Assembly (NCBI GenBank): GCA_051294905.1 | Contig: CM119377.1 | Location: 2,914,001 to 2,978,000 of the forward strand | Length of the DNA stretch: 64,000 nucleotides | Origin: Botryllus schlosseri | Lineage: Eukaryota | Direction of reading: 5' to 3' | In this document: positions 12,701 to 24,700 of the stretch, one piece after another | Layout of the letters: each line of letters starts with the position of its first letter | Numbering within the stretch: the stretch's first letter is position 1 | Program-made: the position numbers and the translations under genes | Notes under the pieces: generated by a model | The model's input: only the letters and a program-made list of their open reading frames with translations | What the model was told of the DNA's origin: nothing | The model's database searches: none

Positions 12701-15700
12701 ATACGACACAGCGCTAATAGTAGCTTTTACAATAATTTTGTCCCACACCATATCAAGTGTATTGCAGTATTCACCTCACTGGCGACGCATAGTTCGTAAT
12801 TGTCGGGTGGTCCGCGATCTCATCTAATCTAGAACTCTATTAGGACTATGCTTCAACAATTAGATGCTTAATCTCACACATTCACCGATACACGGCCACA
12901 CAACTTTGTTCAACAATTTGACGGTTTAATATGAACAAAGAACAAAGAAATAGCAGCAGGTTATCTGAAGAACACTGCATTCAAACGGCAATCTACAATC
13001 TACGCGAATATTTTTTGCTAAATTCCTCCAACACAGCCTGGCCAGGCTTGCGCGCGGCCAATTGGTGACAAGCGTGTTGCCAATTAGCGAGATTTGGCTG
13101 TGCACTGCAAAAACTAACGAGACTCGATCTCGCTGAGATAATTGCGAAATTAAGTCCTTGATTACCGTGCCGGCTATCGTTGCTAGCCTGATTTACCACG
13201 TCTCCAACAAGCCTAGTTCCGCCGTTTGAAGAAGCGCATCTGCAATAGGCCCGTTACGAATTATACCATCGATGGCATGCACAATTGCATCTGCTTTACC
13301 TGGCCCGCACCATATCATCGTTAGTCTACACAACAATCGCATCTGCAATATGCCTGATACGAAAGATTTTGTCACAAGCCTAACGATCGCGTCTCGGGCC
13401 TAGCATGCTTTGGCTCCTATCTCTCGATGGATTGTATGCGGATTAGCGATTGTGATTAAAGAGTGACATCGCTTAACTGAATGACATCGAATGTCCGCAA
13501 TCGAACGCAAACATTTGCATGAGTACATACCAAATTGATTTTCCCTAATATTCGAACACAACCATCGGAAGATGTTTGTCAATGCTTGAGTTACGAAAGA
13601 TGAAAAAGGTTTGAAATTGAACCACCTGAAATCGGTGCCATTATAGAAAAGATTCCATACCAACTCGGACATTTTGACTTGTGCAAATCGTCACCGAGGC
13701 TACGTAATGTGCGTTGATATGCACGTAATACGAGTTGAGAAAGCTTGCATATTTAATTGTTCGCGATAGATTAGGGACTCGCTAATTGACAGCACTTCCG
13801 GACGCGTTAGCAAGCTTATCATACGCGTAAGTTCGTCTACGCGAGGCAAGCTTATCATACGCGTAAGTTCGTCTACGCGAGGCGATTGTATAATCGTCAT
13901 TTACGCATTACTTAACCCTAATGAATCAATGCCATAAAAATCAAAACCCCGCCCTTTTTATTTCAATCCCTCCCTTATTCTTTGGCTCGCTACGCGCCTG
14001 AGGAGGTACAGAACTTCAATATACTATTGGATAGTATATTGATATTGAAATGAAACTGAATATTTTCAGCTGACACCCGTCAGCATACAATTGGATTTTG
14101 AATTTAATCTCTTTGAATCCATTTTGTGTGCAAATAACTTTTGCCAACCGGCACCAGAGAAGTATTTGAGTTATAATAAATGTATTTTTGGATGTTGTGA
14201 TGAAAGCGATCCCACAATAGATAAATTGAATAGTATATTCATATTGAAATGAAGCCGAATATTTTCGGACAACGCTCGTCAGGGGTAATCGTCAGCAACT
14301 AGCAGAGAATTGGAACGAACATCGTATATCAACAATCGTATCACAAAATATGACATCACCATGGTCACAAAATATGACGTCACAGTGTTCACAGGGTAAT
14401 CGTCAACAGCCAGTAGAAAATTGAAAAAAACATTGTATTTCAACAATCGTATTACAAAATATGACATCGCCGTCATCAAGAAATACACCAGCCAAGGCTT
14501 CGTCAACAAAAGGAGTTTGTGTATAGATCTGCCATCTAAAAGTAGTACATTGAATGCTCTCTTATTCGAAATGTCCTGCTGGTGACGTCATATTCCAGAT
14601 ATTTAGAGTATGGAGAGAATCATACTTCTCAGAAACGTTACACCCATCTTCACATTGAGGGATTTCTGCATAAACCAAATAAAACGGAACTGTTTTCGAT
14701 TGTCAATTCAAAACTCAACCAAAATCGATAACAAGATTTAACAGCACGAAAATCAGAGGATATGTGTCAGCGTATAATTAGACATGGAAATATTCCAAAT
14801 CCGGAATCTGTTTCGACCACACTAATAATACAGTTGCATGAATTGAGTAACTGCGAGCATACCTCAAGGATCTCGGACTGAAAAGCAACGTGCTCGCTGT
14901 GTAACGTTACGTGTCCGCTGCCAGATAAGCCCTCGTCTTCGATATTGAGATTTCTCCTCATGAACGAAATAAGATACTTGTCGCAAGCAATCTGGACAGC
15001 CACAGATTGCTTTCGGTTCTGGAACGAAAGTGAGAGCAAAGATTGAAATTAAATGTAAACCGCAAACTTTCCAGACTATACCAAGAAGATATACAAGCCA
15101 GTATTGCTGTCGGTTGATAGTTCAGTAGAGTATCTCACCTCACAATCTACCATGATTGCTACGGATACAGACAGACATAAGTTTATTTCCATAAATGCGG
15201 GATGATAATAACAACACATTGGTATATATGCTATAAATAAAACCATATGCAGTTCCGTTTAGTTGTAATTTTATCCTATACGAAAACATCAGAAGATTGC
15301 GATACAATGAAAAGATAGGAAGGTGTCGAAACGGCTGTGAGTAGCATTTGAAATCAGACAATATATATGTTATGCCATATATGTTGTAATCACTAATCAG
15401 TACAATATAATAACAACAACATATCTGTATGTAATACATATAATCGTACATATTGATATGTATATACATAGCTTATAGGTAAGTAGTAAGGTGCTGTAGG
15501 AGGCATAGATATAGGAGGTACCTCTTATTTCATTGTTTATATATATTCGGATATTATTTGTATGGGAGCTTCCCTGGTCACCTACATCTTCGCATTTTTG
15601 ATCCAAGCTTTTAATCATCATAAAATCGGAATGTGGATTTCGATATTTTTCAGAGTCAGTTGGACTTGGATCTCGAAGCAGATTACAGTCTGTTATCTAG

Positions 15701-18700
15701 CCTGTGTGTGGCTTCGCAAATAAAAATCAGAGGGGGTCAAAGTAGCCAGCGTTGGAGATGTAGAAGTAGCTACTTCCATACCAAGTACAAAATGAACACA
15801 CGAAACGTATTCTTTATAAAAGTTGATTTGGTTGGGGTGTCACATTTTTGAAAATACGTTCAGTTACTGTGACACAGGTTGTTTCCCCTTGTTGTTACAC
15901 AAAAATTTTACCCTTAGAAGTGATACAAACATCCCAAAATTGGCTTCTAGTTTACTAAAGTAGTTTTTCTGGGAAAGCGTGAAGCAGAAATGGAAGTATC
16001 ATCAAACATACATACCTTGATGATTTCGAATTCGGCTAGTTTTTCAGACACTCTTTCTTTCACACCGCACACCAAGCATGCATTGCCCTGCCATTTAACC
16101 GTCAATTCGCCATCGTCGATATCGGTTTGATCGACTGTAGTCTTGGGATGAAACTGCACCACGCGGGAGTCGAAGTTATTGAAAAACCTTTGCAACTTGG
16201 CGTCGACGGTACTATGCCAGAATTCGATCTGCAAAGCAGTTCAAATCAAGTTTACAATATCAGAATTTAATTTTATTTTTGTTCTGTTGTCAGACTTGTA
16301 CAATGTAGGTACAAGCTACCAATCTGGTCGGATAACGATCAACTAATCACTGGCTTTCTGAGTTCTAGTTCTAGTTGCGCATTTAGAAATATTAGATGCC
16401 GAACAACTAAAAAACACGTGTTGTTTGTCATGAACAGGGTTGTAATGACTCGAGGCATGACTAGCCACGAGTCCCGATGTTCTGATGACTCGAGTCATTT
16501 TATCAAAATCCAGAAATGACTCGACTCAAGTCAATCTATGAATTGACTCCACCTGGACTAGAGTCATTGCGCATGCCTCGAGATTCAGACGGCTAAAACC
16601 TACATTTCATTATAATTTCGAAGAATAGTATAGTAACTATTGGTACTGGTACATGAAAATGCGACCAGAAACTGCTAAAAGTGAGGAAAATTAGTATATT
16701 ATCCATGTGAACCATTCGATATCACCAAACAGAGTTATGAAAAGTGGCTTTAACAAAATTTTAACTGGAAACAATGCAGTTAACACAATGACTTGGACTC
16801 GGACTCGAGTCATAATACCATGACTCGGACTCTGCTCGCCGACTTGGACTCGGACTTGAATCGGTGGTGAATTGAAAATGACTCGACTTGACTCGGAGCC
16901 TTGTGACTTGGTTACAACCCTGGTTGTGAGACATGATACTTGTCTGTTGTGCTATGTTCTTGCAGCCATATCTAGTTTAGACTGATCACTACCAACAGTG
17001 GCGTAACTAGGGGTGGGTTTAGGGCTCAAAACCTCGTGCTGTACTGATGTGGAATCTCGATCTGCTTCCGCTAAAATATATATCAATGTGTTGCTTCGGA
17101 ATGAACTCTAGCTAGATCAATTAAGTTGGATAGTTGCAGATTAGGCTATATAGGTTGTTAGCTCTAGTTCTAGCTGAGCATTTTTAAAATCTAGTAGTTT
17201 GCACGAGTTCGTCTGCGATGCTAATCGATATCATGAGTAATTATGAGCATCAAGCCGCGATCACACTGAATCGAACATTCCAACGCGCGGTTTCGTTCTC
17301 ACTCCAACCACAGCAACAGGGTGGCCACACTGAACAAAACAGTGAACAGGCTGCGCGAGTCCAGTAACCGCGCGAAAGTTTGTTTCCAGCGAAGCTTTCG
17401 GCTGACTACGCACAGGAATAGTTTACAGAACCGGAATAATGTACGATTTCGAAGAGACGCTGATTTCGTTGGTCAGGCAGCATGTGCATTTATATGACCA
17501 ATCGACAAAGTCCTACAGGAAGTCTTCTCTTCGTGAACAGAGCTGGACAAGCATTGGCAAGGCCTTGAACATACCAGGTGAGAAATGAAATATTGTTTAC
17601 TGTTATGTCTATCTTATCTTTTAATTAATTGTCGTACAGCAGAAGAGGCTAACGCTAAATGGGACTCTTTAAGGCAGAAGTACATGAGGAATCGCCGTGA
17701 TGGGAAGAGACTGAAGAAAAGTGGAGCAGGGGCAAGCTTTATCAGTGAGTGGCCCCTTCAGAAGCAGATGGCTTTCATCGAACCGTATGTGCAGTCAAGA
17801 ACGTAAGTTTGGTTCGCATACCATACCATCTTCCTTTCTTCGAATTGTCCTTATTGTTTCATCTCATTTTCAATAAAACACGAAACTTCCAACTTCATCG
17901 TTATATTTATTTAATTTATCTTTCATCAAATAACCTATGCCTATATGTTCATTATATCGCAATCAGTGTATTTATATTTGATGAAAATGTTATCAAGGGG
18001 ATGATTAGGCCGTATGATGAATAATATTACGAGTCTATGAAATCATTGACTACCGATTTTCTCGCACACATTACAAATTCACTTCTTTTTGCAGGACATC
18101 CAGTAACATGGATAAAATGATCATGATCGAGTTAGTTCAGGAGGAATCTGTTTCTGCAGATTTAGATCCTGAAGCTGAAGCTATCGAGGCTCAATCAAAT
18201 TCTACGGATCTGGAGTCTACCGGGGACGTGTTGTCATCTCCTACACAAGAAAGCTCTAGCTCTCCCTTGCCATCAGTCTCTTCAAAAAACTCAAGCCTAT
18301 CAGTCTCTTCAAAAATATCAAGCCTATCAGTCTCTTCAAAAATATCAAGAATATCAAGCCTATCTTCAACACAGAACACAAGCATGACTCCCTCGAGAAA
18401 GCGTACCGAGGTGCTAGACGACTTTGATTCGCTTGTTCTCAAACACTTGAAAAAAGATGCTGATGAACTCGACTACTTTGCCAGATTTATCACAGGATCA
18501 CTGAAGACCATCGAAGAACCTAAGAGATCTCAAGTGATAGAAGAAATTACGCAGTGTATTTCGAATGCGAAACGTAATGCTCTCACTGAACAACAAATCA
18601 ATACATGTACTCAGTGAATTCAGCTGTAATGTTTTCATTGAGCTGTAATGTTTTCATTGAACAACAGACCAATACATGTACTCAGTGAATTCAGTTTCAG

Positions 18701-21700
18701 TGAATGATTGTGAATTCAGTTTCAGTGAATGATTGGATGACTATTGAAATAGTCGGTGTAGGCATTTCGAACGTTTTTTGCAATAGTAGTGGAATTTCCA
18801 GTATAATGATCCAGCGAACGATCCTCAGGAATGATATCATCCGTAGAACATTCGGTATAGTTGGGCGAATGTTTGAGCAGATAATTGTGGAGACAACAAA
18901 TTGCCTTGACCATGTTATCCACATTTTCGACCTTTAAGGGGACAGGCTTTAGTAGAATCCGGAAACGTTGGACGAGGATGCCAAACGCATTCTCCACGAC
19001 ATGCCGTGCCCGAGATAGTTGTTTATTATAAACGTATCTCGGTTGGGCTAGGTATTTTCCAGGGTATGGTCTCATCAGGTGATATGATAGCGGGAAGGCT
19101 TCATCGCCAACAAATACATATGGTAAAGGAGGCTTTCCTGGCTCAACTTCCCGATCTGCAGGTAGCTGCAGTTCATTTGCAGCTAGTGCACGCCCAAATG
19201 GTGAATCGCGGAAAATTCCTCCATCCGATTCGCGTCCATAGCTTCCAACTTGAGCGAAACGAATCCTGTACTCTGCGTCAACAACCGCCATCAAAACCAC
19301 ACTGTAAGTTCCTTTGTAGTTGTAAAACAATGAACCACTATTTGCGGGACATTTCATCTGAACATGTTTCCCATCGATTGCTCCGACACAATTTGGGAAC
19401 TGCCACAGTTCTTCAAACTTTTCTGCTATTTCAACCCACTCAGAAGCAGAGGATGGAGTTTTCATATATGTCCATCGCATGTTATTCCATAACGCCGTAC
19501 AAGTCTCATGAACAATGTTGCATACAGTTGAGCGGCCGAGGCGATAGGATCCAGCGATTGTTCTGAATGAGTCCCCATGCGCGAGAAATCTCAAAGTGAC
19601 AGCCAATCTTTCCTCTACAGAAACAGCTTTCCTCCAGTTGGTATCGAGTTTGGCGATATCTTCTCCAATCAGTTGGATTAGATAATGAAACTGCTGTGGT
19701 TTCATCCGAAAGTAGTCGAAATAATGAGCTTCTCTTTCTAATTCATATTCCTTGACCAACCTATGATATTCTCCTAGCTGTTCCCGCCGTTGTAAAATAG
19801 GATGCACCCAGATCGATCTGGCCTGCATCTTTTTTTTCATTCTTCTTCGAATGCACAAAATTGCCAAGGCTTGCTTCTGATCAGGAGTTAATATCATACT
19901 GCAAGGTATAAATACACTGCAAGGTATAAATACAGAGTCATTGATGTGATATGAAGATACAGAGGTACCCGCAACTCTGCCCAAAGCAAATGTACCACAG
20001 CACACAGATTTGTACTAACTACTGGATTTGAAAAATGCGCAACTACCGGTATAGAACTACTTAATTTTCAAAATGGGTAGTTTGTGCAAATCAGACTAGT
20101 TATATTACACCAATCGCTATGCAACAACATCACCAAAAGCCTTCTGTCTTTCTTGTCTAGTACCACAATCGCCATTCACATGCATCGCTCACTGCCCTCG
20201 TACGATATGTCAGCACGACAACCACATCAACAAAATAGGTACCATCGCCCTCTCGTCGCATCGTCATTCAGACGGAATCGCGCTCGCGATCATTAAGATA
20301 AAGATACAAAGAAATGCTCCGCCGCATCGATCGCTGTTGATCTGGTCGCATTGTGTGTGATCGACCCATCAGAGTGTGGAATATAGCAATGTAGGAGAGA
20401 ATCACCAACACACACTACATAGCAATATCAGCGGTTCTAAACCGCTAGTCCGACAAATATACTGCAATTTCATTCTCAATTACAGAAATAAAACACCAAA
20501 TTTTATACTAATATATAAAAGTAGCCTAACTTGGAACAGTGACAGACTTGATCTTGAGCTTATGGTTCATTTTTGACTTGACCTACATCACAATGTTGCG
20601 GATGTTGTACAAAACTATTTAAATGTAACCAGCAACTCGTTCAAGACCAGTAATATGCAAGAGTTACGACTCTTTAAACAAAATTTCATGAAGTTCATCA
20701 GTACAATTCAGCGACATTTGACAGCGTAATCGAATCCAGCAACCATGGAATTCGAATACCTTTCAAAAGAATGGTGGTTCAAAAGAACTATGCATAACAG
20801 GAATAATAGACATACCATGTTATCGGAGTCGGTGGCTTGACCAACGACAGTAACCAAGCGGTCCGTTTCTTCGATCAAAGCCGACTCATCGGAGTTGAAT
20901 AATCCGTCAAATTGCTTCCCACACCGCTCGGAACGTTTGACAAAGTCCAGCAAGTCTACCGAGGGCGCTTGCCATTGGTGCAAAACAGCTTGCTGATTTG
21001 GGGCATAGTCCGAGACTGAGGAGGTTTCTATAAACGAATAGGAGCTGCTTGTCCACATCCACAAATCATTTTGAAACACTTGAAAAAGACAGATCATCCA
21101 AATTTTGGATGCCAGTGACGTCGTATTTGAAAATTTAGAAATCTCTACTAGTTGCCAACGATTACCCCTGACGAGTGTCGGTTGAACATATTGCGGTTTA
21201 TTTCAACATGAATACATTATTCAATTGTATATTGCAGTAGTTCTGTACCTCCAGGTGTCTTTTCAGAGAAATACTATGATGTCATATTTTTATATTGATC
21301 CTGAAAGACAGGGTCGCAACCGAGAAGATACGTGTCGGGCCGTCGACCCTCCTTTTATAAATAGAAACCCCTATTTTCTCAATGTCAATTTTATCTCCAA
21401 TATTTAGGCTCCATCAGCAAAGCTGAGTTCTGTGGCTCCCTCGCTTTGCACTCAGCATTTCTGGGATATCATTGGAGGGGTGGTGCAAGACTTAGAAAGC
21501 CTTGAAAGGATATTTCTGTACCTTCCTTGGCCAGCGGGATACGTATAACATGCACACATGATATGCATAAGCAAACATTCCACATATGTATATCATGAGA
21601 CAGAGTATGTAAATACTGCAAAACCATAAAGGACAAAAATATATAACGGCCTATTCCTATCAACTAGTAGATATTTTAAAGTTCTTACATAATGAGTTCT

Positions 21701-24700
21701 GTTGATGTTACTACCAGTTGCTGACGATTACCCCGGACGAGTATCGGCCGAAACTATTTGGGTTTATTTCAATATGAATATATCAATCAATTGCACAGAC
21801 ATGCCAATGCGTAATTGTTTGGAAAAGACAGTATTGGTATGTCTTGGTGTCGGACCATCATGAGATGTCGGTTAAACACCAGGACAATCACAGTCAATAA
21901 AGGTGGAATACATAGCACTATTTGCAAGCGGGCAACAGTAAACTTTCACAAAAACAATGCAGATGATTACCAGACCGACGATCATCTTCGTCACCTTCGA
22001 GACTAAACAAAGACAGTGATTCGTTGATTGAAGATAGACTGGCCATGGAGTCATGCCTTTGAATTCGGCTTCTTCGACCTTGATACTGCTGGTATCCGAC
22101 CTTCAACATACAAATCAATCAATCAATTTATTATTAACAATTTCATTATTCCAACACACCACAAGACTGTGATACAATGAAAAGATAGGAAGATATCGAA
22201 ATGACTTGGAGTAGACTTTGAAATCAGACACCCAACTGGGCCTAGGCGATGTAAAGAGGATTGCACACTGAATGAAAAGTAAAAAAGAGGATCACATAAA
22301 AAACAGGCAGAAAAAGAGGTGTCATGTGACGAGAGGCGAGGTCGTGGTCCAGTAAAATAAAGGGCTAACTGGTAAAAGCATGAATTACTCCAACAGCGGC
22401 GGGCCCCTTTCCAATGATGCATCTGTAGTTCTAAATATCCTTCTATTGGCAAAGGAAATTGGCCAAAAAGGCGCCGAGACACTGAAAACAAATTTCATTT
22501 CTAAATTTCGCTAATTGAATTGTTATGTTGGATAAAAGATTGCTTCAAGCCAAATTTGGATCCATTCCTACCAGTAGAAGCAGTGAAATTCCGAACTGGA
22601 ATTTCGACCCTTTTTGGAAATTATAGTATTTACAGTGGCATATTTCACTATCTCAAGGGAAACTTAAAATCTAATCAGTGAAATTGTGAAATTTTGAAAA
22701 ATAAGTTTTTTGATCAGACCATTCTATTACGTATCAACAATATTTTCCGGGAGGTTGAGCTTCAAAAGTACGCCAAGTGATATTGATGCAACAAAGGGTC
22801 AAAACATCCAACATCACATCATAGAAATTAATAATATCTCACGAAACAAAGTGACAAAAACGATATACTCACTGTTACGGCTCTGTAGCGATATACCAGG
22901 TCGAGCCTAACATTTTCAACCCTTGGCCTTTTGCCAATAATTGTTATGTTTTTCCTTGCGTTGATCTGGCCTCGAGTACCAGTTTTAATCTCCACCTTTT
23001 GAAAAATATGGTCAAGTTCAAAGAGTGTCATGATAAGGGCGCAATTGGAACTAGGGATGTCATGTCGTGTAGGTAAACGACAGGCAACAACATAATTTCA
23101 ATGGCCAAATGTTGCTAAAATACAGCCTAATATCAATCCAAGGAAGATATCACCGTCAAGTGTTTGAACTAAGCAAATTTATGCTCTCTCAGTGAAAAAC
23201 TACACAGAGTTGAGACTACTGTTTCTGAACTAAGATAATTTCACAGTAACACGTTAAGCATACCTCCGGATTGCCTGAATTTATCAATAGAAACGAGTAA
23301 ATGGCAACCCTGATCGACTAAAGAAAGTCAAGAAACCATCAAATTGATACATCACAACTCTTAAGTATTTTTTGGAAAAATCAGCCACAGTGATTTTTAG
23401 TGCGAAGCAGCTGTACATAATTGAGCTTTGGCGACTATAACTATTCAATCCTTTTAGTGACGAGAAAGTGCAGTGTTGCCATACACGATGTTGTGATTGC
23501 ATCAATTTGATATTTCTTCCGTCTTTTCCAATCATTTTTCCCATCTCCGAATCATCGATCTTCATGTCGAGAACGCAATAATTGTTCTGAAAATAATAAA
23601 GACCACCCTAGGCAAGACTCGAAGCGGCAAATTAAGCAGCAAATATTCGAATCACAGGTTGCCTATATGTCGTCGAGCGCTGAATAACCCTTATAACTGA
23701 AAAATCTATTGGCAATCTTTGAATTAATAGCTGTCTTGATATGTTAACTAAAAGAGAACTTTCATGAGCTGTGAAACATTTTGCAATATATCGGAGAGAC
23801 ATGAAATTCCAAAATATAAAACCTGTAGTGTTATGGAGTGTATGCATATAAAACCAATGGGATTTAGGAATAACGATTAAACACGACGCGAGTTCAAAAT
23901 TGGGCAGGTAACGAAATAACAGGAACGAGTTCGAAATCTGCAAGAGATTTATGTAATTTTTGTTGTGAAAGATAAAAATTCACAAGCAAATCATTTTCTC
24001 AGGAATTTCGATGATTAATTACATACATAAGTTAGAAGTTGTTTCACCACTTGGACATGGCCTTCCTTCAGTGGTGGGCCGTCACCTTTGATAACGAGCG
24101 CAGGAATTTGTCTTTCGACAGTTACAGTCACCTGGTGAAGAGAATATAGTGTTACGACTAAGGATAAAAACGGCATTTATTGGAAGTAGTGATAAGCTCG
24201 CGTAGTTGTCATAACGAGTACAGGAAATGAGTGTTGATCAAGTTAAACTTCCACTGTTTTATTTGCTGCCGAACGTAAGCTATCGATTTCAGTTTTTCTC
24301 ATCTTAACAATGGCATTAGTGATCCATAAAACTCGACTCAAATCACAATACTCGATTTGAAATCAAATAATCCAGAAACCAAATAATGGGAGAATGAATT
24401 TCAAAACAAACACACTAAAAAGGAAGCAGTCACATTGAAAAATTAGGTCGAAATTCAATCCCCTTACTTTCCACAAAATCCACATGCTCAAAACTCGCCA
24501 AACCTCAATAAACACATATCGAGTCAAGTGGGAAACACATGACAGATCAGTCAAAACGATCAGCGCCCGACTGAGTGTAAGCCTTGTGATTGTGAGTATC
24601 TCATGATAAAAATTTGTTGAAAATCGCATATTCAAAAGCACGAACTAGTACAAGTTGGCAAAACCTACTTGAGAAAAACTACCTCACTTACTGGACCACG

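Larger units (their letters stand above)
17253..20368. mobile_element. PIF/Harbinger DNA transposon, full length, two convergent ORFs
   Basis: Imperfect 14-bp TIRs AGCCGCGATCACAC / TGGGTCGATCACAC (rc), TCA on both flanks, MADF gene plus DDE transposase. Confidence 0.9.

Noticed and set aside
13193-13375. ORF KADAIVHAIDGIIRNGPIADALLQTA as a macrodomain exon
   Set aside because: It mimics the macro motif but is the 51-bp unit of a dispersed repeat found in both orientations elsewhere; no fitting splice sites.
19006-19566. 186-aa plus-strand ORF (also 18191-18442, 18697-18937)
   Set aside because: Antisense shadows of the Harbinger genes.
21872-22054. Hydrophobic, Cys-rich ORF as a secreted peptide
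   Set aside because: Short, no supported start or paralog; cannot be distinguished from chance.
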